Source of the DNA: Dehalococcoidia bacterium
Lineage (GTDB): Bacteria; Chloroflexota; Dehalococcoidia; Plut-88900
Direction of reading: 5' to 3'
Length of the DNA stretch: 64,000 nt
NCBI GenBank assembly: GCA_965197645.1
Contig: OZ240219.1
Coordinates: 1,312,001 to 1,376,000 of the forward strand
A model generated the notes under the pieces. It saw nothing but the letters and a program-made list of their open reading frames with translations. It was not told the DNA's origin and did no database searches. Position 1 is the stretch's first letter. Each line of letters begins with the position of its first letter. A program made the translations under genes and the position numbers. Below, in pieces: positions 38,279 through 47,670 of the stretch.

Positions 38279-38545
38279 GATTTTCCCTCTGCTCTAGCAC
38301 CCTCGTCCCCTCCGGCTCATACCGGCAGGCCCGACCCTCTCCCATCGCCGCTCCCTCTGAGCGCGCGCCCGAAACCTTCAGAGTCCTCGAAGGACGCTCC
38401 CCCGGGCGCTTCCCGCGTCCTCGCGTCCACACGCCTTCAACCATGCAACGCCCTACCCGGTGTGCGCCACGCCTCCATCGGCTGACGCCTGCGGACCGGA
38501 CGGGCGGCGTCCCGCACACCCGCACCACCACATGGAGGAACCATC

Positions 38546-41500
38546 ATGACTGAAACCATCAAGAGACTACGTTTCCCCAGGCTACGTTTCCCGGTACCGG
38601 TGGTCACCACCCTGGCGCTGCTCGTTATCCTCGCCGCCGTGGCCCTCTCCGGCACGGCCCAGGCGCAGACCGCAATCACCCTGGTCAGCAACATCGGGCA
38701 GGCCGAAGCCACCCTTTCCCGCAACCCGGTGGGGCAGCCCATAGGCCTGCAATTCACCACCGGAGACAACGCGGCCGGCTACAACCTGGACAGCGTCGAA
38801 ATTGCTGTGGGCGACTACGAGAACGTCGTGGTGACGGTCAGCCTCTACTCGGATTCCTCCGGGGAGCCGGGGTCGAGCATCTTCAACTTCACGAACCCGA
38901 CCTCCGGTATCACCGCCGACGCGGTCAACACGTTCACGGCCCCCGCCAACACCACCCTGGCGGGTTCGAATACGCCGTACTTCATCGTCTTTGACGGCGC
39001 GAACGATCCGGATGAAAGCACCAACAGAATACGCATAAAGATGACCCATACGAATGACGAGGACTCGGGCGGCGCCACGAACGCGGAGGGCGATGCCGAT
39101 TGGGAGATCGCTGATATCTCGCATGCTCTGGATAGTGGTGTCTGGTATGGAGACGATACCGACGAATTGAAGATTCGGCTGAAGGGCAGCGCAAAGTCGG
39201 GCGGCGACACGCCGACGGTCTCGACGGACGCGACGCTGAGCGCGCTGTCGCTGGGCACGGGCGTGACGCTGAGCCCGGCCTTCGACGCGGACACGTACGC
39301 CTACACGGCGTCGGTGGCCAACAGCGTCGACGAGGTGACGGTGACGGCTTCGACGACCGACACGGACGCCACGTTCGAATACCTGGACGAGTCCGACGCC
39401 ACGCTCGACGACGAGGACACCAACGCGGCCGGCCACCAGGTGGAGCTGGACGTGGGCGACACCGTCTTCAAGGTTAAGGTGACGGCCGAGGACGGCACCA
39501 CCACGCAGAACTACACGGTGACCGTGACGCGGGCGGCCTGCACACTGAACGACGGCGACCTGTGGTGCGGCGTGGTGGACGTGGGGACCATCACCAATAG
39601 CGGCGGAATGACTCAAAGTCACGGATTCCAGGGAACGAAGGGCGACCTGTCGGACAAGACGTTCTCGCTCATGTTCGAGACCGGGACCACCAACAACTAC
39701 ACGATTACGGCGATTGTGGTCGGGGCGAGGACCGCCATCAGCGAACAACTGTTTTTCGTGACGTCCAACACTCTGACGAACACCGAAGAGGAGAGCCTGG
39801 CGCTGCATGTCGACGGCGAGAGCGACCCGTTCGTGTGGAGCGACAGCACGGAGGTGATCCCCGGCTCCTACCGATGGCCCGCGCGGACGGACCTGGACTG
39901 GTCGTCGGAAACCACGGTCACGCTGCGCCTGCGCGAGTTCCTGAGGCCGACGGTCACCAACGTGGCGGTTACCTCGATGCCGGTGCTGGAGACCGACACC
40001 TACGGGGCGGGCGAGACGATCGAGGTCTCGGTGACCTTCAGCGAGGCGGTCGACGCCACGTCCAACACGGACTTCGTGCTGAGCGTGGGCGGCGCCAGAC
40101 GCGCGCCGCTGCTGAGCGGCTCGGGCACGGCGACGCTGGTGTTCGGCTACACCGTGGTGTCGAGCGACGAGGACACCAACGGCATCTGGATCGGGGACGA
40201 GACCCGGACCCTGGTCGGCAACCGCAACGGGGAGCCCCAGAACGGCACGATCACGAGCGTGGCCACCGGCGCGGCGGCGGTCATCGCCCATACCCTGCTC
40301 GGCACGGACTCCGACCACAAGGTGGACGGCTCGCGGACAACGGACAACGTCGCCCCGGCGTTCACGTCTTCGGCGACCTTCGACGCGGCGGAGAACCAGA
40401 CGGCGGCGGGCACGGTGCTGGCGACCGACGACGATACGGACGACAGCGTCACGGGCTACGAGATCACCGGCGGGGCGGACCAGACGTCCTTCTCCATAGG
40501 GGCAACCTCCGGGGTGCTGACCTTCGACGCGGCCCCCAACTACGAGGACGCGGAGGACCAGGGCACGAACAACACCTACGTGGTGGACGTGACGGCGACC
40601 AGCGGCACGGGGACGCGGGAGATGACCGCGACGCAGACGATCACGGTGACGGTGACCGACGTGGCCGAGCAATCCGCCAAGCCGGACAAGCCGACGCTGG
40701 CGGCGGTTTCGGGCTCGACGACGAGCCTGACCGCGACGTGGACGAAGCCGGACCTGAACGGCGGCCCGGACATCACCGGCTACGACCTGCAATACCGCGC
40801 GGGCGCGACGGGCACGTGGTCGAGCTCCACCAGCTACGGCGCGACGGTGACGACGGCGACCATCACCGGGCTGACGGCGGACACGTCCTATCAGGCGCGG
40901 GTGCTGGCCAAGAACGGCGAGACGGACAGCGACTGGTCGGACGCCTCCGACGCGGTGAGCACCAACGCGGCGGTGGCCATGACGCCCACCGACGTGCTGG
41001 TCAGCAACTACCCCGACGGCTCGGGGTCCGACTTCAACCTGAACTTCGTGCAGTCCGGCAACAGCCAGCGCCGCTACTTCGCCCAGACGTTCACGGCCGG
41101 CGCCGGGTTCACCCTGACCGCGGTCGACATCCCCTTCAGGCGCGTGCCCGACAACTCGCGCGTGACGGTGTCGCTGCACGCGCGGAACGGCAGCAAACCG
41201 GGAACATATCTGGGGGAACTGGACCTGTCGGGGGCGCTGGCCGTCGGCGACAACACGTTCGCCGCGCCCGCGGGCACGGCGCTGGCGGCCGGAGAGTACT
41301 TCATCCGGGTGCGGTGGCGCATGGGCGACACGGACAACCTCCGAATGACGGACGGCCCGGATGACGAGACGAGCGCCGAGAGCGGGTGGAGCATCGAGGA
41401 CAGATCCCAGTACAGCGCCAGCGGCTCGAGCTGGAGCAATTGGAACCAGCAATTCGCCATGCGGGTCCGGGGCACGATCGACGGCGTGCCGCGGGTCGCC

Positions 41501-44500
41501 ACCGGCGGCGTGCGGATCGAGTCCGACCCGGATGCGCACGACAGCTACGGCGTCGGCGAGGAGATCGAGGTGGCCGTGGGCTTCACCGACGACGTGACGG
41601 TGGACACGACGAGCGGCACGACGAGCGTCGCGCTGACCGTCGGCTCCAACACCCGCTACGCCGACTACTCGGCGAGCGACAGCGACGACGACGAGCTGGC
41701 GTTCGTCTACACGGTGACGGCGGACGACCACGACCAGAACGGCGTCTCCATCGCCGCCGACGCGCTGGAGCTGAACGGCGGCGCGATCCACAAGGACGGC
41801 GACTCCAGCACGAACGCGGTCCTCGACCACGCCGCCCTGGACGCGGATTCCGATCACCGGGTGAACCGCGACCCCATCATCGTCTCGGACGGCGTGTCGG
41901 TGATCTCCGACCCGCAGGCGGCGACGGACACCTACGGCCTCGGCGAGGTCATCGAGATCGAGGTGGAGTTCAGCGCCGCAGTGGACGCCACGACCAACAC
42001 GGACTTCGTGCTGTCGGTGGCCGGGGCCAAGCGCGCGCCGCTGCTGCGCGGCTCGGGGACCAAGAAGCTCGTGTTCGGCTACACCGTGGTGGCGAGCGAC
42101 GACGACGACGACGGCATCTGGATCGGGGAACAGGACCGGACCCTGGTCGGCAACCGCAACGGCGAGCCCCAGAACGGGGAGATCACGAGCGCGGTCACGG
42201 ACCGGGCGGCGGACCTCGACCATGACAGCCCGGGCGTGCTGTCCGACCACAAGGTGGACGGCTCGCGGACAACGGACAACGTCGCCCCGTCGTTCACGTC
42301 TTTGGCGACTTTCGACGCGGCGGAGAACCAGACCGCGGCGGGCACGGTGGTGGCGGACGACAGCGATGCGGACGACAGCGTCACGGGCTACGCGATCACC
42401 GGCGGGGCGGACCAGGCCCTGTTCGAGATCGGCGCGACCTCAGGCGAGCTGACGTTCAAGTCGGCGCCGAACTTCGAGGACCCGCAGGATACGGACACCG
42501 GCAACGACTACGTGGTGGAGGTTACGGCGACCAGCGGGACGGGAACGCGGGAGATGACCGCGGATCAGACGATCACGGTGACGGTGACCGACGTGGACAC
42601 GGAGGCGCCGGGCAAGCCGGGGGCGCCGACGGTGTCGGCGGCGTCGGCGGCGTCGGCGACGAGCCTGAGCGTGAACTGGTCGGCGCCGACCAACGCGGGT
42701 CCGGCCATCACCGACTACGACGTGCAGTACCGGGCGGGCACCAGCGGGGCCTGGAGCGACGGGGGCCACGTCGGCACGGCGACGACGGCGACGCTGACGG
42801 GCCTGTCGGAGGACACCTCCTACCAGGTGCAGGTGCGGGCGACCAACGACGAGGGCACGGGCGACTGGTCGGACTCGGGCAGCGGCACGACGGACGCGGC
42901 GCCGTCCGACGACTGTCCCAACGACACCACCACCACTTGCGAGGTGGACGTGGGCGGCTCGGCCACGGGCACAAGCGGAACCCTGGACAGGGACTGGTTC
43001 CGGGTCGTGCTGGAGGCGGGCACGAGATACCAGATCGACGTGGAGGGGGCGGATACCGGCCGCGGCACTCTGCCGAACCCGGCCGCAGCTCTCTTCGATA
43101 CATCCAGCACTAACCTTGGTGCGAACAACGACGGGGGCGTGGGCGAGAACGCCCGGCTGATTTACACGCCCACAACGAGCGGCACCTACTACGTGCAGGC
43201 ATCCAATGTCTCCGCTGTGGACGAGGGCACCTACACGCTGTCGGTGATCGTGCTGGGCGCGAACGGGAACTCGGAGGCGGACACGGACTTTCCCAACAAC
43301 AACACGACCACCGGCCGGGTCGAGGTCGGGGCCTCGGTCACGGGGAACGTCGAATCCGCGAATGACGTGGACCGTTTCCGGGTCGATCTGGAGGCGGACA
43401 AGGAATACCAGTTCGACCTGGAGGGCGCGCCGACAGGCCGCGGCACCCTGCCAGACCCGGCCCTGTCGTTCGCAGATGCGACGGGCACCGTGCTTGAATA
43501 TGACGACAACGATGGCGACGGCGTCAACAGCCAGATTGTCTACACACCGACCGCGACTGGCGTCTACTACCTCAGGCCCCACAGCAGGGTTGACACCGAA
43601 ACGGGCACCTACACGCTGTCGGTGCGTGAGGTCCCGACGGCGGTCCTGCCGACGCTGAGCATCGTGAACAAGTCGGAGACCGAGGGCTCGCTCATGGTCT
43701 TTCTGCTGAGTCTGTCGGAAGCGACCTCAGAGAACGTGGCGGTGACCTGTACGGCAACGTTCGGGGGCGGCGACACGGCGGTCGCGGAGGATCTCACGTT
43801 TACGAGCGCGAACGGAGGTGTCCGGAGCGGCCAGGTGGTGGGGATATGCTCGTTCCGCTCGGTGCAGGACACCATCGTCGAGGAGGACGAGACCTTCACG
43901 GTGACGCTGTCGGGCGTGTCGTCGAACGCGCAGCTGGCGACGGACCCGACGGCCAAGGGCACGATCCTGGACGACGACGATCCTCCAGTTGACGACTCAG
44001 AGACCGAGGAAGACGACCTGGCCGCCGACACCACCACCACCGGAACGGTCGAGGTGGGCCGGGCCGCGGTCAGGGGAGACATCTTCGCCCCGGAATTCTC
44101 GGAAGGGGACGGCCCCAACGAGGTAGACGGTTGGGACTTCGACACCGACTGGTTCGAGGTGGAGCTGGAGGCGGACAAGACCTACCGGATCGACATGTGG
44201 GGCCACACTACCGCGAACGGTCTCACCCTGCGCCTCCCGCAGATCAACGCGATCTACGATTCGAAAGGGAGTTTCATTGTCAACACGTGGTACAGCGACG
44301 AATCAGACTCCCACTACCTGTTCCGGGTGACGTTTACCGCCTCTAGCAATCGCAGCTATTACATCGCGGCGAGCGGCGAGTCGTTCGAGTGGGGCACCTA
44401 CAAGCTGTGGGTCAAAGACATCACGGAGGATGACCACGGGGACCACGGGGACGAGGGGGACGAGGGGGACGGCACGAACGGCGGGAAGGGGCTCAAAAAC

Positions 44501-47047
44501 CTGCGTGCGGTCGAGGAGAAGGGCGGGGTCAGGCTGACCTGGCAGTCCCCGGACGGCGCCGCGGTCACCGGCTACCGCATAGAGCGTCGCCGCGCCGGCG
44601 GGCAGGGCAGCGGTCCCCAGCGTTCCCATGGGCAGCCCAGGGACCACCACACCCTGGTGGAGGACACCGGCAACACCGAAACGAGCTATGTCGATGAAAG
44701 CGCGGAACAGGGCGTCGAGTACGAGTACCAGGTCAGCGCCCACAACGAGTCCGGCCCGGGCGAGGAATCGGACTGGGTGAGGGCCGGGCCGGAGGAGGAG
44801 CCGGTGTTGGGCGACGCCCTGCCGGGAGCGCCCCGCAACCTCACCGCCACCCCGGGAAACCGGGAGGTCACCCTGTCCTGGGACCCGCCCGACGACAACG
44901 GCAACCCGCCCGCGACGAGATACCGCATCGAGTGGAGGGTCGACGGCAAGGACTACGACAGGAACGATTGGGGCACAGCGCAAGAGACGACCTATACGAC
45001 GAACGCCCAGGCCAACCTGGCCAATGGAGTCAAGTACTTCTTCCGGGTAAAGGCCGAGAACGATGACGGCAATAGCTACGGGCCATATGGACCGTCCTCC
45101 GGGGAGGTGAGCGCCACTCCCACCTCCGGCTCGGCGGTGGACCTGGGCACGCCGGTGCTGTCGGACACGGAGACCCTGCACCACGGCATAGTGCAGCTGG
45201 ACTGGCAGGACATAGAAGACGCCGGTTGGTACGTGGTCCAGTACTACCACGTCGAAGACGAGGAGTGGCTGGACCTGCCCGCCGAGGGAGTGGACATCGC
45301 GTTCCACGGATCGAGCGCGGTGGTGAGCAACCTGCATGGGCTCTCGTGGCTGAGGGTTGGTGCGATGAGCTGTGCGGGAGCATCGGAGTGGTCGCAAATC
45401 GAGGAGTTGTACGGGACCAACGCATCGGACTGGGAGGGAGTGCCCGTACCCGAGGTGGCGGAGGGCGACGAGATCGAGCCATGCCCCGTGGTCCTGGGCA
45501 CGCCGGTGCTGTCGGACACGGAAGACCTGCATCACGGCATGGTGCAGTTGGACTGGCAGGACATAGAGGACGCCGGGTGGTACGTGGTCCAGTACTACCA
45601 CCTCGAAGACGGAGAGTGGTTGGACCTGCCCGCCGAGGGAGTGGACATCGCGTTCCACGGTTCCAGCGCGGTGGTGAGCAACCTGCATGGGCTCTCGTGG
45701 CTGCGGGTTGGTGCGGCGAGCTGCGACGGGGCATCGGAGTGGTCGCAGATCGAGGAGTCGTACGGGACCAACGCATCGGACTGGAAGGGTGTGCCCGTAC
45801 CCGAGGTGGCGGAGGGCGACGAGATCGAGCCATGCTCAGAAGACGCGGACACGCCTGACAACAGCCCGGCGACGGGCGCGCCCACCATCAGTGGGACCGC
45901 CCAAGTGGGAGAGACGCTGACGGCGAACACGTCTGGGGTCGCCGACGGGGACGGGCTTGCAAATGCCACCTTCGGCTATCAGTGGCTTGCCGACGATACC
46001 GACATCGCAGGCGCTACCGGCTTGACCTACACCCTGACCGATAGCGAAGAAAGCAAGGCCATCACGGTGCGGGTGAGCTTCACCGACGACGCCGACAACG
46101 ACGAGACGCTGACCAGCGGAGCAACGGACACGGTGGAGGCGGCGCCCACTACCAACAGTCCGGCCACCGGCGCGCCCACCATCAGCGGGACCGCCCAGGT
46201 GGGCGAGACGCTGACGGCGGACACGTCGGGCATCGCCGACGCCGACGGGCTTAGCAACGTCCAATACGAGTACCAGTGGCTTGCAGACGATACCGACATC
46301 GCAGGAGCGACCAACGCGACCTACACCCTGACCGATAGCGAAGAAAGCAAGGCCATCACGGTGCGGGTCAGCTTCACCGACGACGCCGACAACGAGGAGA
46401 CGCTGACCAGCGCGGCTACGGACATGGTGGCCGGTGCGCAACCCACGGAGCCGCCCGCCAAGCCCACGGGCCTCGACGCCACGGCGACCCACGACTCGGT
46501 GACCCTCACCTGGGACGACCCCGACGACGACTCCATCACCGGCTACGTGATCCTGCGGCGCGTTCCTGGGTTCGACCCGGAGGGCCACTTCGATGTGCTG
46601 GTGGCGGACACGGCGACGGCGGCAACCAGCTACACCGACGACACCGTGTCGGCGGAGACTCGCTATACCTACCGCATCAAGGCAATCAACGGGGCCGGAA
46701 CGAGTGAACGCTCGCGCTGGGTCCACATCGACACTCCGGCAGCGCCCGTACCCGATAAGCCCACGGGCCTCGAAGCCACGGTAACCCACGGCCAGGTGGT
46801 CCTCACCTGGGACGACCCCGGCGACGACTCCATCACCGGCTACGTGATCCTGCGGCGCGTCCGCGAGAACAATACCGGGGGCGATTTCAGTGTATTGGTC
46901 GCGGACACGGCCAGCGCCGCGACCACCTACACCGACGACACCGTGTCTGGCGGCCTCACCTACACCTACCGCATCAAGGCGATCAACGAGCACGGAACAA
47001 GCGAGCGGTCCCGCTGGTACCACATCGACATCCCCGAGGCCCCGTAG
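38546..47047 (+). CDS. Giant secreted surface protein/adhesin (2833 aa) with cadherin-like, cadherin, FN3, PPC, Calx-beta-like and Ig repeats
   Basis: Signal peptide ending AQA|QT; DATLSALSL...TASVAN, APAFTS...AENQT, YDLQYR...GL.ADTSYQ and DRDWFRV.LEAG motifs; very acidic and Thr-rich; GGAGG RBS. Confidence 0.9.
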   Translation: MTETIKRLRFPRLRFPVPVVTTLALLVILAAVALSGTAQAQTAITLVSNIGQAEATLSRNPVGQPIGLQFTTGDNAAGYNLDSVEIAVGDYENVVVTVSLYSDSSGEPGSSIFNFTNPTSGITADAVNTFTAPANTTLAGSNTPYFIVFDGANDPDESTNRIRIKMTHTNDEDSGGATNAEGDADWEIADISHALDSGVWYGDDTDELKIRLKGSAKSGGDTPTVSTDATLSALSLGTGVTLSPAFDADTYAYTASVANSVDEVTVTASTTDTDATFEYLDESDATLDDEDTNAAGHQVELDVGDTVFKVKVTAEDGTTTQNYTVTVTRAACTLNDGDLWCGVVDVGTITNSGGMTQSHGFQGTKGDLSDKTFSLMFETGTTNNYTITAIVVGARTAISEQLFFVTSNTLTNTEEESLALHVDGESDPFVWSDSTEVIPGSYRWPARTDLDWSSETTVTLRLREFLRPTVTNVAVTSMPVLETDTYGAGETIEVSVTFSEAVDATSNTDFVLSVGGARRAPLLSGSGTATLVFGYTVVSSDEDTNGIWIGDETRTLVGNRNGEPQNGTITSVATGAAAVIAHTLLGTDSDHKVDGSRTTDNVAPAFTSSATFDAAENQTAAGTVLATDDDTDDSVTGYEITGGADQTSFSIGATSGVLTFDAAPNYEDAEDQGTNNTYVVDVTATSGTGTREMTATQTITVTVTDVAEQSAKPDKPTLAAVSGSTTSLTATWTKPDLNGGPDITGYDLQYRAGATGTWSSSTSYGATVTTATITGLTADTSYQARVLAKNGETDSDWSDASDAVSTNAAVAMTPTDVLVSNYPDGSGSDFNLNFVQSGNSQRRYFAQTFTAGAGFTLTAVDIPFRRVPDNSRVTVSLHARNGSKPGTYLGELDLSGALAVGDNTFAAPAGTALAAGEYFIRVRWRMGDTDNLRMTDGPDDETSAESGWSIEDRSQYSASGSSWSNWNQQFAMRVRGTIDGVPRVATGGVRIESDPDAHDSYGVGEEIEVAVGFTDDVTVDTTSGTTSVALTVGSNTRYADYSASDSDDDELAFVYTVTADDHDQNGVSIAADALELNGGAIHKDGDSSTNAVLDHAALDADSDHRVNRDPIIVSDGVSVISDPQAATDTYGLGEVIEIEVEFSAAVDATTNTDFVLSVAGAKRAPLLRGSGTKKLVFGYTVVASDDDDDGIWIGEQDRTLVGNRNGEPQNGEITSAVTDRAADLDHDSPGVLSDHKVDGSRTTDNVAPSFTSLATFDAAENQTAAGTVVADDSDADDSVTGYAITGGADQALFEIGATSGELTFKSAPNFEDPQDTDTGNDYVVEVTATSGTGTREMTADQTITVTVTDVDTEAPGKPGAPTVSAASAASATSLSVNWSAPTNAGPAITDYDVQYRAGTSGAWSDGGHVGTATTATLTGLSEDTSYQVQVRATNDEGTGDWSDSGSGTTDAAPSDDCPNDTTTTCEVDVGGSATGTSGTLDRDWFRVVLEAGTRYQIDVEGADTGRGTLPNPAAALFDTSSTNLGANNDGGVGENARLIYTPTTSGTYYVQASNVSAVDEGTYTLSVIVLGANGNSEADTDFPNNNTTTGRVEVGASVTGNVESANDVDRFRVDLEADKEYQFDLEGAPTGRGTLPDPALSFADATGTVLEYDDNDGDGVNSQIVYTPTATGVYYLRPHSRVDTETGTYTLSVREVPTAVLPTLSIVNKSETEGSLMVFLLSLSEATSENVAVTCTATFGGGDTAVAEDLTFTSANGGVRSGQVVGICSFRSVQDTIVEEDETFTVTLSGVSSNAQLATDPTAKGTILDDDDPPVDDSETEEDDLAADTTTTGTVEVGRAAVRGDIFAPEFSEGDGPNEVDGWDFDTDWFEVELEADKTYRIDMWGHTTANGLTLRLPQINAIYDSKGSFIVNTWYSDESDSHYLFRVTFTASSNRSYYIAASGESFEWGTYKLWVKDITEDDHGDHGDEGDEGDGTNGGKGLKNLRAVEEKGGVRLTWQSPDGAAVTGYRIERRRAGGQGSGPQRSHGQPRDHHTLVEDTGNTETSYVDESAEQGVEYEYQVSAHNESGPGEESDWVRAGPEEEPVLGDALPGAPRNLTATPGNREVTLSWDPPDDNGNPPATRYRIEWRVDGKDYDRNDWGTAQETTYTTNAQANLANGVKYFFRVKAENDDGNSYGPYGPSSGEVSATPTSGSAVDLGTPVLSDTETLHHGIVQLDWQDIEDAGWYVVQYYHVEDEEWLDLPAEGVDIAFHGSSAVVSNLHGLSWLRVGAMSCAGASEWSQIEELYGTNASDWEGVPVPEVAEGDEIEPCPVVLGTPVLSDTEDLHHGMVQLDWQDIEDAGWYVVQYYHLEDGEWLDLPAEGVDIAFHGSSAVVSNLHGLSWLRVGAASCDGASEWSQIEESYGTNASDWKGVPVPEVAEGDEIEPCSEDADTPDNSPATGAPTISGTAQVGETLTANTSGVADGDGLANATFGYQWLADDTDIAGATGLTYTLTDSEESKAITVRVSFTDDADNDETLTSGATDTVEAAPTTNSPATGAPTISGTAQVGETLTADTSGIADADGLSNVQYEYQWLADDTDIAGATNATYTLTDSEESKAITVRVSFTDDADNEETLTSAATDMVAGAQPTEPPAKPTGLDATATHDSVTLTWDDPDDDSITGYVILRRVPGFDPEGHFDVLVADTATAATSYTDDTVSAETRYTYRIKAINGAGTSERSRWVHIDTPAAPVPDKPTGLEATVTHGQVVLTWDDPGDDSITGYVILRRVRENNTGGDFSVLVADTASAATTYTDDTVSGGLTYTYRIKAINEHGTSERSRWYHIDIPEAP

Positions 47048-47177
47048 CGGGCAGCGAGGACTGCGCGGGCTAGGGGCCGTCCGCACGAGAGACGGCGGAA
47101 AGCTGCCCGACGGGTCGGCGCTGACCGTCAGCGGTCCGGGCCGGTAGAGGGCAACGGAGAAAGCCCGCACACATGGA

Positions 47178-47228
47178 TAAAAGGGGGGAGGCCGCCACCA
47201 TTCGGCAAGCACGGCGTGGCCTCCCCCA
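47178..47228 (-). terminator. Hairpin with a U-tract on the minus strand
   Basis: AAAAGGGGGGAGGCC...GGCCTCCCCC inverted repeat. Confidence 0.4.
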
Positions 47229-47317
47229 GGGCTCCGGGTTGGACCGACTGCGGGAGGGAGCTTGCACTCCGCACACCGTACCGCCCGGGGTTTCCGTCCT
47301 GCGGAAGGACCGGCTCG

Positions 47318-47563
47318 ATGCCGAGACAGCGAGTTGACTACTACATACAAACCTACGAGTTCCCCGACGACTTCCCGGAGCGGCTCAAGCGGTTCCAGAA
47401 GGAGTCCGGCCTGTCCTGGTCGGAGATTGCGCGGCGCATCGGAACCTATCGCTACACCGTATGGCGCTGGAAGGAGGGCAGGGGCCGCCCCAACATGGAG
47501 CACATGATGGCCCTGCTCGACCTGGCCGAAAGCCTGGGCCTCCGCCATATCTTCACGGACTGA
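47318..47563 (+). CDS. XRE family HTH regulator (81 aa)
   Basis: FPERLKRFQKESGLSWSEIARRIG...TVWRWKEGRGRP. Confidence 0.8.
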   Translation: MPRQRVDYYIQTYEFPDDFPERLKRFQKESGLSWSEIARRIGTYRYTVWRWKEGRGRPNMEHMMALLDLAESLGLRHIFTD

Positions 47564-47670
47564 GGCGGCGCGACCGCAGGGGCCGGAAACGCAAAAAAGG
47601 CCCCATACATCGACGGGCAGGGGGAGGCAATCGCCCGAAGTGCGACGACCTCCCCCTCGTGAACTGTGGT

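Noticed and set aside
38102-38546. Poly-C slippage fusing the leader ORF to the adhesin
   Set aside because: TGA at 38483-38485 is in the adhesin frame and lies downstream of the tract
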